In this document: positions 12,301 through 27,300 of the stretch, piece by piece
Layout of the letters: every line of letters begins with the position of its first letter
How positions within the stretch are numbered: the first letter of the stretch is position 1
Source: Thalia democratica
Taxonomy: Eukaryota
Length of the DNA: 64,000 nucleotides
Assembly: GCA_965202585.1 (NCBI GenBank)
Contig: OZ241827.1
Span: 11,098,001-11,162,000, forward strand
Direction of reading: 5' to 3'
The notes under the pieces: model-generated
The model's database searches: none
What the model saw: only the letters and a program-made list of their open reading frames with translations
Told to the model about the DNA's origin: nothing
Program-made: the position numbers and the translations under genes

Positions 12301-15300
12301 GTGTATAGACTGTAAGAACGTATGCTAAGATTCCAAAACAAAAAAAATATAATGAGGTTTTATGCTTTTAGTTTTGTACGTTTAAACTTAGTATACTAAA
12401 TTTATTTACTCTGTGAGCTTACCAATACAATTTACACAAAAAGAAAAAAAAAAACATTGTGTACCTGTTATATTAATGGAAAATAAAAAGATGTAAGAAG
12501 TTATTAACTAAAATAAAAAATATGCACGAATGAGTTTTCGTGCTTGTGTTTGTGTATTTTTAAACTTCATTCGCATCGGAGCTTCGGGGGTAAACTCTTT
12601 TATAAGATTTTCTGTTCGAATATTTTGTGTAAGATTTCCATCTACTACTGATATGCCTTCCAGGTTTGCGCAATATTGTGGTTTTTCCATTGTTTGTAAA
12701 AACAATACAGTCAATCGTTGTACTATACTTACCTAGTTTCTGTTAAGTATAGTTACATCTACGATTATCAACTATAAACATTGTTAAAGGTAAATTATTT
12801 TCACCGAAAGTAATGATGTTTCTTATATTTTTTATCGCATAAGTCTGTTAAGAGTTAAAAATCCAAGTTTTACTTTTAGATTGTTTTGCGTAAAACAAAA
12901 TCATTAGTACAAAACGTATCTATTGTATTAACATTTCTGATATACACTTTTATTTAAAAACTGAAAATGTTTAAACTTTTTTATAAAAGTTTAGAAAATA
13001 TAAAAAAATAATATAGATAATCTGTAAACATCTCGCCAAAATAATTAGCTACATGCTTTACCTACTTCAAATAATCGCAACTTTGCAAGTTAACTAAAAA
13101 CCATAATCATTTTTTTTCAGTAGCAATGCTCAGTAACTCTTGTTTAAAATTTGCAAAAGTATATATATACATACATAGAACAAATAAAGGTTCGTAACCA
13201 GTTTAAACTAGTGATGTACCGGACTCACTATCCGGGTCCTGGTCCGGCCGGATACTGCCATTTTTGTCTGATATCCGGGTCCGGCCGGATCCTAATTTGA
13301 AAAAAAGTCCGGATCCGATTCCGGCCGGATTCTAATTTAAAAAAAAAGTCCGGATGTGGGTCCGGTACATCACTAGTTTAAACCTAGTAAGCAAAAAATT
13401 TACGAAATAAGATAAACGCACCGGAGGAGCGTCTACGTCATCGTATTGTGACCTCACATGAACCCGGTATTCGTAAACGTTTAAGTCCCTGTGCTCCCAG
13501 TCTATTGCTATGGAGCTGCTGGTTGTTTCCAGCACTCTGACGTTCAACTTCTCCACTTGCACTGAAAAACAGGACAGAAAGTCAGAAGTTTGCTGTAGGT
13601 CGTAATTTAAATCAAAAATAATTAAGTACCTTAAGAATTATATGAACATGGATGTTTTGAAATAAAACAGATTTTGGGTTTTTGATAATGGTAAAGTAAT
13701 TGAAATTCATTTATGTTCATTTTAACAAACTAAAAAAAGTATTTTTTACGCTTTGATTTTAATTCTGTGCTAAAAATGAGGTCTTAGTTTTTAAAACGTC
13801 TGAAAAAACAACTAAAATGAATTTTTTATTGATAACATTTAATGTGATGTGTTTAACTAAAAATGTTAACAAAAGATTAATTTGATAGCTAAATGTATTT
13901 CTAGAACGTAGAAACTTTATTTTTAGAGAAATACTTACAAATCTTTTATTTCGTATTAGTTTATGACTTTTTATGTTTGAAAAACAAATTAGTTTGACTT
14001 GTAAGATAACTAAACTTTAATAAAGTTTTATGAAAACGTACAAGTAGTGAAGTTAGTAGTTGCTGCTTCTGATTCGTTGAGTTTAGTTCTCAAGACTACT
14101 GTTACGTCATAATCTGTATCAGGTGTCAGATGCTCAATCACAATGTATGACGAATCGGAAACTAATTAAAAGTTAGTTATTGATTTTTATTTTGAAAAAT
14201 TATCATACTTACAAAATACTTTTTCAAAGTGTTATCGAACACATAAAAAGTGCATTGTTTATTTAAATTTCTAAATCCAATTGGGCAAGTTAAAATATTA
14301 AAATTAAAACAACTATGTAGCTACAAGTCGTAATATAAAAATTAAGCTGAATTTGTTTTTCTTAGTTAATTTTACTATAGTAAAAATAAAGCTTATTTTG
14401 TGAACAAACTATTTGTTTTAATTTCATAGTATTGCTCAATTTACTATATACTAAAGAACTTGTTTAATTATAACAATGAGCAAGCTAACTATTTTATTTA
14501 TTACCCGGTTTCAGGCCGATCATTCAGCTATAATCAAACATTTAATTTATTGTTTTTTTATATTTAAAAAGGTCGGATGTTTGCCCACTGAAACCGAGTA
14601 GTAAACCAAATAGTTTGCACATTTATTATCATTTGCAAAAATATAAAAAAATCGTATAATTAATTTAGTAAAGTTATTAAACGTTTATTCGTTATTAACT
14701 TTTGTTCATTAAAATTGAAAATATTTTCTAGTTGTATACTGTTTTCAAATTTAAACTCACCTACAAACTCCATGAATGTAGCTTCTTTCTCAGAGGTCAA
14801 CGTCACAAAACTTTCAACAACGGGGTTCCACCTTTCTCCCACTCCCCTCACTTCCCACGTGACCAAACACTTGTCCTTTGTGACGTCATGGACTTTAAGG
14901 TCCACAACGGAAGGCGTAAGCTTGTCTGGATAAAATTAATTACTTTACAGTTAACTATAAAACAAAAAAATTATTAGCTACGAAAGCATTTTCTTGTTGT
15001 TTAGACTATATCTTTATTTTCGTGTTGGTAATTAAAATTAGATTGGTTGATTATAAAAAAGTATCAGTGCTTACGAAAACGTTATGTTACTGTTTTATTT
15101 TTTAGTCTAACTTTTTAGATAATGCTTATATTTTCATTAAATCTGAAGTAGCTGTTTTATCTATTTTAATCTACAAACATTGTACTTACAAACATTTATA
15201 TTTTTAAATTTTAAAGATTTATTAATTTTTCGTTTACAAAAAGAAAACCACATTGTTTCATATAAACTTTTAAATAGAAAAGTAACGAGCAAACTAGCAC

Positions 15301-18300
15301 AATATTAACAGAACCAATAAATAACAACATACCTGTGTACATTTCGTCATAACCACTTGTACCATTGATAATATCGAAGAAAGGTGTGATTTCAATCTTG
15401 TACTTGGTTGCTGTGCTTAACCCTTTAACAGTGTGAGACGTTTGTTGTGGCATAAACCTCTCTGTTGATATCTGTATAAAAACTTGTGCGTAATTACGTT
15501 TGTTGAATTAATTTAACGTTGCGTTTGGTTAAAGTACTTGTTTTATGTTAATTTTTATACTAATGTATAAACTTCCGAATCTTATTTTATTGACGTCATT
15601 TTTTTTTTGCTCAGCATTTAATAACCAAAAGATATTGAATACATTATTAAATAATTTTATAGAGTGTTTTTCTTATTATGAGTACATTAAAGAGCTATAA
15701 TATACACTGATGTTACTAGCACATATGTTTATAACACTTTTAAAATATCTTTACTAAAAACATTGGCTCTAGCCTATTACTGACCTTGTATCCATGAAAA
15801 TAACTGTCCATCTTTAAAAAAAACAACAAAAAGCACAAAAAACCTGTTCGTACTGTCCATCTTTAATTTGGTAGACATTCATTTGATAGTGGGTCAGTCC
15901 GTCTGTGTTTGTTGTCGTCCATTTGACGTACAATGATGAAGTCGTTGGTTCCGACAATTCTACTGTGGTCTCACCAAGCGACACTGTATATTACAACTTT
16001 TTATACTAAAAATGTAAATATACGTTTAAATTTTCCGAATTTAGACAGAAGCATATTATAGAAAAAACTAAGTGAAATACTTTTAAGGTTTGTTAATAAC
16101 TAATTATCATCAAAATTGTCATTTATAGTCATAAAGTATTTTATAACTTTTGGTTATTTCAAATAATACCTTTATAGTTTTTTATAATTAATTATAAACT
16201 TATAAAATTTTAAGAGTATACATCGGTTTTAATTAAAGTTTTATCTTCATTTATTTCAATCTATGTAAAAGTACATAGTAAAGTACAAAGTATTTTTTAC
16301 TTTTATGCACTTTTAGACCATACTAACAAGTAATGAACTGTTCTTTCAGCTCGTTTGTTTTCGACACCTTGTTAATGTAAGATAACTTTTTTTCGTCACT
16401 AATGTATGAAGCATTGTTCATTTTGAAGAAATTTTCAACTGCATTCGTGCTGTTGTCTATTATGGCTGCAATGCTTACTGAGTACAATGTGGAAGGCTCT
16501 AGGTTTCTCAATTTGAATGCAGACTCTATAAAGAAGAATTAAAGTGGCAAATTTTATAAATTTTACTACTCCTAGTAAGTAAACTAAAATTTAATGTTTT
16601 CATTAATGCTGACTACTGTGCTAATTTAAGCGTTTTTAAACTGATAACTTAATGTTGTGAAGAGAGAATTGATCTAAGAAGTAAGTGGAATTGCAGACAT
16701 ATCACTGTTTTGTTTTATTATTTACGTTAGATACATGAAACAACTTTATTTTAAGTTTTAAATATAAAAGCAAACTTACCATAACGATCTAAATTAAAAA
16801 TCTTTTCTGTTTTGTTGTCCATATTCGAGACAACCAACTGAAATTTTTCGATGTCTTCATATTTGTCAAGATCTGTTGTGTAGTTCCAACTTATATTTGC
16901 ACTTGTGTGGTGAACACTGTCTACCTTTAATGACTCCATCTCTGGATTTGGCTTTTCTGAGAAAAAAATTGTTGAAATTTTGTATTGAGATGGCTGTTGT
17001 AAAGGTAAAAACTAAATAATTTTAAACAATAGCTTTAAATACCACAACACTTAGTTACAAATAAAAGTGATTAAACAAAGATAGAAACAAAGCAAAATGT
17101 AAAAATAGGTTTTCTTTAGATAAACTTTTCCAGTTTTCTGTATATTCTAGTTGTTTAAAAGTATATAATGTAGCTTTACCTACAACTAAGTTCAATTTTT
17201 AATTACAGTAAACTGAATTTGAATACAACTTGTGTTATATGAACGATTATACTTTGTATTGAAGCTTAGGCTTATATTCTATTGCGATTATAAAAAAGTT
17301 ATTATATTAAAGATAAAATTTGCGACACTAAATATTTTTAGCCACGTATAAATAATGCACTAATGTTTTTTTAATATTTTATCAAAAGTATACAAATTTT
17401 AAAAGCAATTTCCACCACTAACTTGTTTTAGCTAAGTGCAAATGCGATGCTTTCAATTTTGGTGATTCCCCGCCAGGTGTGAACATTATGGAGTATTCGG
17501 TATCTGGTTCCAGGTCCGTGAAAGTTATCAGGTTTTGGCCCGGATCCAGTCCTAGATCGTATCCAGATTCCTACAGGTTTTTATTTGTTGTCATTGAAAC
17601 AAAGGTTGCTTTATTTTGAAAAATATCATTGCGATATTTTTATCAGTTCAAGTAAAATTTTTTTTTTGTTTATTTAAAAACAAGATTAAAAATAAGATAA
17701 ACAATATTTTCATAAATTAGAGACACTTTCTTAAAACAGCTAAATTAAAAAAAAATAGAAGAATAGTTCACTCGATTTGACTTTTAAATTTGTAAACTAA
17801 TAAAGGCAAAAAATGATAAACAACAAAAATTTATTGTCTTTAATATAAAAGCTATAAAATTGGTTGGCATTAACTTGCCTAGTTTAGCGAAAAATATATT
17901 TACCATTTAGACACAAAAAAAAACACATAACGAATTAAATTAATTGTTTGTAAACGCAGCTAGTATGATTTTACATTAAAATTTCTTGGTCTAATATTAA
18001 GATAGTTACCTCGTTTTTACTCTCTATACTGATGTCAGGTCCTGAGAAGATGCCATACTTATCATCAGTCCAGGCCACAGTGATTGTCCCAGTAGTGGTT
18101 TTTATCGTTTTCACGTTCAGTTCCGGAACTTTATCTGTAATAATTAATCTTGTAAAGTTATTAAATTTAATTAAAACCAAAGTTTTTTTTCTACAATAAC
18201 GAAATACTAAAAGAGTTTAATGATCTATGGCCTGTACGAACAGCTACTAAAATGATTTGACTAAAAAACGTTTAAAGAGGCATGTATATGACGTAATCTA

Positions 18301-21300
18301 ACTTTTTTCATATTTTAGATTAAATTGTTTTCAATACTCATTTTTTCTATAGTCAGGAAACTATTGTATCCTAATTTTTCTTAAAAGGAAAACAAAGTTT
18401 AAGTAAATTATGTCATCATTTAAAAATATGTAGTATGTACTAAAATAAAACACTTTATCGAAAATAAGTTTTGTTTTTAGTTAACTTTGTGTTTACAACT
18501 TAAGATAATCAACTTTATTTACAAAAAAATAGTTGTCAAGGTTGCTTTAAGTTAAATTTTAAAACAGAACTAATATTTTGAAGTTATAGTATTATATATT
18601 AATGTAACCTGTTTCAAAATCAACTTCTTTTTGCGAGACAACTTCGTTCTCATCCTTGTCTGCGTAATAAGTCAAAGTTGCTTTGTACTTCGTATCTGGA
18701 TACAAACCTGTGACTTCTTGATCTGTATCTGAATAAAAAAGGAATTAGTAGAACAAAATAAAAGGTGGGTATAGGCAGAATCCGTTTTAAAAAACAATCA
18801 TTTAAAATTCAACATTTAATTATAGCAATTACCACTGATAATAATGTATAATCTCAATACTCATATTATAAAAAGCTATTACAATTCATAAGAAAAAAGT
18901 TTTGAAACCCATAATAAAAACACCGTAAAAAGTGTTAAAATAGTTGCTATTTTAAAATGAACAAACTTTATGCAAAAATTACCACATGAATTATATTTGA
19001 TGATGTTTTATATCACTTTGACTTAACACATAATGTCTGTTTTATGCATACTTAAAAAAATATTACATTGAATTTATTTAGAAAGTTAGTTAAACAAACT
19101 AAGTTTCATTTACATAAAAATTTCGTGGAATTAATAAACAAATTTTGAAATAGCACTTTAAAACAATAATTAAAAAATTAAAAAAATAAAACACTTACTG
19201 TAGGGAGATTCCAATTCGAAATACAGTTCAGGACCATCTATGATTACAGTTTCCACATCCAATTTACCGTGGTGGACGTTTTCTCCGAACAAACCGGAAA
19301 CGTTCCACTTGAGTGACGCTGTACTAAATGCGACGTCATAAGCTCCTAAGCTGGTTATTTCCAGTTTATCGGGGTCTGTGCGGGTAAAGTTTTGTTAAAA
19401 GTTTGATTTTTTTCTTTTGACAACAAATTAGTATTAACAACTTTTTTAACAAATTGACTGCTTTAATTGTACAAGGTTTAACTAGTAATTTACAAATATA
19501 AAGTAATTATTAACCAATGAAACATGTTAGATATCTAAAAACTCAGACTAAAAATTTTTGTAGATAAATGTTTAAAGTTGTCTCTAAAAAAGCGCATAAC
19601 TTAAAACAACTCTTATTTAGTATTTAAATCAAATATAGCTAAATATTCAAATAAAATTTTACGCTGTTACTTTGGTTTAAGCTTAACATAAACTTAAGTG
19701 CTTAAATATTTGTTACGTTACTCAATGACAAAAAACAAGAATTGATGGTAGTATTTTATTGTGCTAAATAAAAACAAATTCAATGTTAAAATAGGTTTTG
19801 CGATTATCTAATATATTGTGTAATATATAAAAGTTGCGGCAAACGGAAATAATATAAACACAATTTTGAAAAAAAAACACAAATGCGTTTTAACAACATA
19901 TTATGCATAACGAATAAAAGCACATTTTGATTTTGCTAAGACAGTGTATGTAATAAAATTCATGCTAAGTACCTAAAACTGTATAGTTTAAATTTTGAAG
20001 CTGTTTATATCGGTAAAAAAACATGCATTAGCCGTGCAATGCAAAAACTTTATTGTTGGCAATAAAATTTTTTTTAATAAGTATCACAGTATAAAAGAGT
20101 AATGCAAATTGTATTTGCTTATGATTAGTTAAATAAACAAGGCATTTTAAATACCTATATACACTTTTTTAAAGCAATTTTCTAACTGCGTTTATTGTCA
20201 TAAAAAATAATCGTAAATGTATAAATAAAGGCAAGTTTGTTCTGCGAATAAATAACAACATGGCGAATATATCTTATAAACTAATTCATAATCTTATTAA
20301 ATTATATATAAAAGTTTTGTATATAAAGTAAAACAGTCCTAATGCAACTAAAACTGCTTAAAATACAACTGTAGCTTGCAGTCCATGCAAAAGAGAAAAA
20401 CTATCAAAATAGCAACAAAGTGTTGTTTTGGTATTTAAAATTCAAAGTATGCAAACTAACTTTGGCAAGTTTAGTTTGCTCAAAAAACTATGATATATTC
20501 CTAAAAGAAATTATTTCTTTCTGTAACGAAAAACAATGCAATTAAAACTGTTGAAAATAGTCGTTTAATTTGTTCTCCATGCATAATAGTAATAACTACA
20601 TATTTAAAATACATAAGTATTATCAAGTCTCAGCGACAAAAATTATGTTTCTTGGTATTTAACTTTCAAAGTACTAAGTTGTAAAGTGAAATTAATTGCT
20701 TTCTAAAACAATAAAATTTATTAACTTAAAGTTTTAAAAAACTGTTTTTATTACTTATCAAATGTAGCTTGTTTCCATGCAAAATAAAAAATAGTAAAAT
20801 TGTTTAAGGAGCGACAAAATAAAATTGTTTTTTTTGTTCATTTAACCTTCAAAGTACTCAGTCGTGATGTAGGATCTCAGTGATTTCGAACCACCGTTCT
20901 TGTAATGCGTGGTCAGGTGCACCTCGTACTCAGTTTCGCTATCTAGATTTTCAATCGTTAGTTGGCGCTGCGAGCTGTCAACTGTCATGCGTTTCCTCTG
21001 TAGAAAAATTAAAGTTTTAAGCTAGTATTCATGGTAGTAATGACAGACTTAAATATGTGTAATATTTTGGAATAACTTAAGGATTTTTTTTATGTTTAGT
21101 TTTAAAAATTTTCAATAGACAAATAGACCGTAAAAAATTACGAGAAAGCTAAAAAATTGGCATGAAAAAAAAAACTATTTAAAAAACTACAACTAAATTT
21201 ATTAGTTAAGTTTCCATAAGACTTTTACACTATAAAAGACGAAATTTTTTCAATATGAGACAACTAAAAAAGTGTAAAAATACTTTAAGTATCGAAACTG

Positions 21301-24300
21301 ACGGCTCCCAATTATAATCTAATGAGGTAAAATAAAAATACGAGTAATTGATGACATAAATAGATTTAATATAAATAAATATTAACACAATCAAAGCAAA
21401 CATGTTCTTTCTTATAATAAGGCAAGGGAAAATAAAATACAAAGTATTTTCTAATGAACAAAAAATAAAGAAAGTAATAATAAATAAACAAACATGCTCC
21501 CCATCCTTATCAGTTGTTGGGAAATATAATACAGAATAATTCCTTATATCCCCTTCATCTTCCACTCTCCACTCCAAAGTGACTGTGTCCTCCTCCGAGA
21601 ATATATCGGTGATCTCAACTGGCTCGTAAGCGGCTGAAATATTATATAAAATCTTAATAATATTACTACTGAATATAAAATCTAGTGAAAGTTTATTTAA
21701 GTTGATTTAAAGCTTATAGTGTGCTGTGCCTATAGGTTTTTATTTGTTTTTGTTTTTAATTTTAATTTGTACTATCTGGTTTTTTACAAAGCAACAAGTT
21801 TTAAGTAAAAGTCGAAAAGTAAAACAAGCTTGTGGTTGTCAGTAATTATTAGAAATATTAGAACTTTTTTCAGCATTTGTCTGATGTTGAAAATTATTAA
21901 AAAGAATTTTGCAAGATTTTCTATAGTTTTTGTTGTTTAGTTAAGTGCAATTTTTATACAAATAAAGATGACGCAACAATAGGAAACTTTATTGTACAAC
22001 TTCATACAACGTTTTATATTTCAAACTTTTCTTCAATTTTTATTTATTTGAATAGTTGACTTTAAAATCAGACTTGAATCACTTTCAAACTCTAAAACTA
22101 GTAATGTCAAACACTTTTCTATAATAACTACTCTTACAAATTTCAAACTTGAAGGATTATTATTGATAAGATAAATCCAGAGTTATCAAAAAAGTTCTTA
22201 AGGTGTACACATTTTTTGTATACCTTAATTAAATGCAATAACATTTTGATTTTAATAATATATGTAGTAATATCTACTAAGACATTCGACCTACTTTCTA
22301 CCGAAACATTTAAAAATAAAAACATCAATTTCTTGCAATCACCTGTAGTGATGTGTACAGTAGACATGGGACCTGCTATGTAACCGAACATCGGTGTCAC
22401 TTCAATCGCGTACGTGGTGTTTTCCCTCAATCGATACAACCTTCGCTCGTGAGTGCTGCCGTGGATTGGGATCGGCATCGGCTGTAAACGTTTTTTCAAG
22501 TTTATTTCAATCAACTAAAAAAGTGCGCATACACATATACCTTTATTAGACTCTGCAAGGTGAAATAAAAACTTTCCGTAACTTATGAAAATTAATAATC
22601 ATGTCTTACTTTAAATGTGGTTTGTATAGGGTAATTACACGTTAATTTTATAACAATATGTTTATTTAAAATTTCTAACCCTGTCAGTGGTTAGAAAGTA
22701 TTAAAAAAAAATCATATTTATATATAAATGCACATATACCTTTATTAGATTCTGCAAGGTGCAATTATTCCGTTTATAGTAATTTATCACAATTAATGAT
22801 CATGCTTACTTTACACCGAAGGTGTTTTGTAAGTGGTGTTTTATACATAAATTTTTTTAATAATATACTTAATTAAAAATCTTCCAACCCTATCAGTGGG
22901 ATCGTTTTCCCTGTAGTACCAGAGAAGTTTTACACGTTAATTACACGTTAGTTTATTATTAACATGCTTTGTAAAAATATTCCAACCCTGTCAGTGGGAT
23001 CGTTTTCCCTGTAGTAAGAGAGAAGGTACTTTCTCACGTCCTTGTCGTTTTCCAGCGACCACCTCACAAACATCTGGTGCTTGGACACGTCCATCACTTC
23101 AATGTCCACTTTCTCCGCTTTCGCTGTGACGTCATAATTAAAATGTTTAATAACTACGGTTTTTTCCATAAATGTTAAGTTGCTTATAGTCATAGTAATG
23201 GGAAAAATATATATCGAGTACAAAGTGTTTTAAGATTTTTTTAAAAATGTTAAATTTTTTTATGAATAAATAATTTTACGCGCTAATGTTGGTAAAGATT
23301 TTGTATGTAGAAAAAAGAGATTCAGTAATAGTCAATTATTTTAGCATTATTCAAAACAAAACAGTGAAAACGATAATTTAATACATTTTTTAGTACTCGA
23401 ACTAACCAACTAACCATATACAGAAACAAAACAGTAGTGAACACAACTTTCATATATATTTTTTTTTTTGATATTCAATGTCTTACCAGTTTTGAAAGCC
23501 TTCCTGATGGAGTTGAGCTCCCTACCCTCAACAGTTTGCCCTCCAACCGACACGGTGTACACGTGATCCATCATCAAGTGTTTCAGTTCGAACGCAGTTT
23601 CTGTAACAGATTGATCTCGTTAAAGTAATGGAGACTTTGAAATAGTTAAGAATGCCGACAGTGCTTTTAAGATTACAGATGCCTTAATTGGTAAGTACTT
23701 TCTCTTTTATTTATTGGTAAAAATGTTTTCCTAGCCTATTGGATAGACCAATAGAATACACTGTATAAAAAATGCAAACCACCTTTGGTGTTCTCCTGAA
23801 TGACGACGCCCCTGTTCTCGTGCGCGTGGTACATGACGTCATAGTTTTCGATTTTCTCGTAGTTGACGTCATCACCGCCGCTCACCTTCCACCTTACCCA
23901 CGCGCTGATTGGTGACGTGGACTCTATGGACATCGACTCGATGCGGGGCACTTTCAGTCGTCCTTGAAAAATTTACTCAACATAGGTTGCTGTATCGTAG
24001 TACAAAGAAAAAGTTTTAAATGAAATAACCAAATTACTTTATTGTCATTTGCAGTCTAGTTGCTTTCACTTGTTAATAAATTAAACACAAATTCGATACG
24101 AGGTATTTTAAGATATTTAAAAAATCATTTAATTTAACAGCTTGTGACAGTTTGAAAAATAAAGTTTAGTTAAAAAAATATCAAAAATAATGTCTCAATT
24201 TACAAAAAAAAACATTTAAAATGAGACTTTCTTTCGTTAAAACATCTTGAACTCTGCTGAAAACTACATAACAATAAAAAACTACAATAATGTTAAAAAA

Positions 24301-27300
24301 ACTGCTGTAAAACTAAACCAACTAGTTTTAGCTTGCATGTCGAAACTTTGTTGATTTACTCCCTCCACAACGGGACTTATTCTGATGTTGTAATTGGTGT
24401 TTGGCTCCAATTCTGTGAGAGTCACTGAAGAACCTGACTTCAACACAGTACCAGCTTTTACGCTTTTCACTCCACTTGACTGAAATAAAATATAAGTTTC
24501 AAACTTTTTTGTAAAGTTGAGCAGTTGTGTTTTACTTGCTACTAAAAATTAATTGTTTTCAAAAGTAATTACTAACAGCGTAAGTTGCTTTTTATTTCTG
24601 GACGCACATGATAATATTTGAGAGGTTTATTAGATAACAACTACACATATATATAATTCACAAATATAACTAAAACTTGAATTTATAAAAGAAAAAAGTA
24701 TATAAATAATAGTAACACACTTCTCCACTATCTTCTCCGCTTTCTTCTTCTTCATCTACTTGAGGCCAGTAACTGATTTCGTAGCCGCTAATCTCCTCAT
24801 TTGTAGAGTGCATGTTCAGTGTGAGAGACGTGGCCCGTTTGCTGGTCACTTCCACCCTGATGTCTGACGTGATTGTCTTCGGAACTGAAAATAAAAGAAA
24901 TAGCTAAATTGACTGTTATTTTTGTTAGTTTGTATTTTTAAATATTTATAACGATGTGGTTGTGTTTTAAGCTATTCAGAAAAGAAATACGCGATCAAAA
25001 AATGGTTGAGTTTGTATTTTTGGCTACTTTTAATGATCTAAATAAATTCAAAAAGATCTTTGCAAACAAAACCTGTATGTAGGACAATATCATTTGTTTA
25101 TAAACATTAACAGTTTACATTTTAAAAACTTTTAAAACTCTATTCAATTTTTGTGTTCTGTACGTGCTTACTTATTTTAGCACTTTACAAAAGTAGTCAT
25201 TTTGCAAAAACAAAATTTTGTGACATTAAGTGTTCAGAAAAGCTAACGCATGACAAAAAATGTTTATTTTTTATGACCTTTAAACATGTTTTGATATTTT
25301 TAAGCATTAAAACCTGTTGAAATTCTTAAAGTTCCTGTTTGTCCCTCCAAACCGTTGTAGTAGGGAGTAAGCTTGATTTCGTAAGTTCTATCCGCTTGGA
25401 GGTCTGTAATTTCATAATCATTCGTGTCAGATGAAAGTTTTTGAATGAACGGTAGTCCGGTTACCTTTGTTAAATAAAAACTTATTTTTATATAAAGAAC
25501 TCAAACTTAAAGGTTTAGTAGTATAAAATTAGTTATTGAAATGAGTAGTTATCACACATAAAAATTTTTTAGGAACAAGACCAATTTTTTAATACTTTGT
25601 GAATAGATCTACTAGTAGTTATGTAAAACTATTTATATATATGTTAAAAACTTTTATTTTGTCTGGTTTTATACTTAAAATTTTAGCAAAAATTTTTTTT
25701 TTTCACAGACTTAAAGCAAGTATTTATAACTTAGTAATAAACATTATCGCTTGTTTATTAACATACAAGCTTTTTTATTTGTATTTCATTTATTTTCTTG
25801 TTTTATACTACTACTCCAACCAGCTGATAGTTAACTTCAAATTCTGACATACAAACCAATTCAAAACCAGTTATGATGTGTATAAATAAAATAAATTTAT
25901 TAAAACCTCCCCATCTTGTCCGACCGACGAGTACTCGATTTCAAATCCGGATGTGTCCTCATCTTCTTCACTCTCCCAACTGAGATCAATCGAGTTTGAT
26001 GAGGACGAAGCTTTCACCTTTATCGTCCGACGTTTTTCTGTGTATTGTTTGTTAACCTCAAAACAGTTATATAGTAACTTTCGTATGAACTACCAAGTGT
26101 CTAAAAAGAATAATGAGTTTTATTCCTTAATATACAGATCTATTTATATTCTTAATAAATTAAGTGTTTTATTAGTTATAATTCAACAAACTAGTTTCAA
26201 ATGTTTCCACAGCAGGTTCAGAGACTTGACCGTCTTCAGTGACTACTTCAACTTTGATTGTGTAAAGTGAATTCGCCTCTAAGTTGTCAATCATTATACG
26301 ATCATCTGTATATAGATTAGCTAGATTAATAATTTATTTCACTACTTCAACCTTGATTGTATAAAGTAAATTTGCCTTAAAGTTATCTATCCTAATATGA
26401 TCATCTGAAAAACAATTTATTAATTAGCTCTGAGTTTATTAAAGTAAACTAGAATTTTTAATAGAAAATTAAGTAAGTTTTAACAATTCAATACTCATGC
26501 GCTATCATAAGTAAAAGTTAAGTACTTTTTAGGTAGTGTTAATTTTATTTAGTTTTAATTTTAAGTGCGTTAGAAATTGACAAAAAAAATGTTTTCAAAG
26601 TTTTAAATTAAACTTAAGATACAGACAAACAAATTTAAGTAGAAACGAATTATTTTTTTTGTCATATTTTGTACGAAAGCATAAATACTTTTAAATTTCA
26701 TTCGTTGCACTAAAGAAACAAAGGTGACTAAACGTTTTCTCTTATGTGTAGACTAAACAACAACAATCACTCTTATAACCTATTTTTTATATTTACATTA
26801 AACTAATAGTCTTTGTAATACTCCCTTCGAGCTATAACTCGTAAGAATTGTACATATATACTTTAAACCTAGCTCTAAAAGCGGATGATAATTTCTGTTT
26901 ATACACTCATTTCAATATATTATTATGCATCATTATTTTTAAAAGTAACTTGAGAAAACATATTAAGTAATTATATGCTATTCACTAAATAGTTAGTGTT
27001 CATTGATGAGTTATGAAAGTTAAATTAAATTGATTTAAATATTTCCATAATTTTAAACTCTTATTTACATATACAGTATTTAAGTATATTACAACAAAAA
27101 TTATTAGTTTTAAAAAACACTTTAAAATTAAGCTTAAAGAACTACTACTTTTAACAAAATATTAACATGTACAAGTCAATCTATCTCTTTTTTTTCAACT
27201 TGATAATCACAACTAAACACTCATAAAAAAGTGTAAAACTTTAACCACAACTGATGTTTCAGATAAAACATTTAAAATGATATGACTCATTTGAGTTTTG

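Noticed and set aside
12722-12753. 10-bp inverted repeat enclosing AG-AAACTAG-GTAAGT, a possible 7-nt microexon
   Set aside because: It would frameshift, the AT-rich arms could be chance, and there is no support without reads
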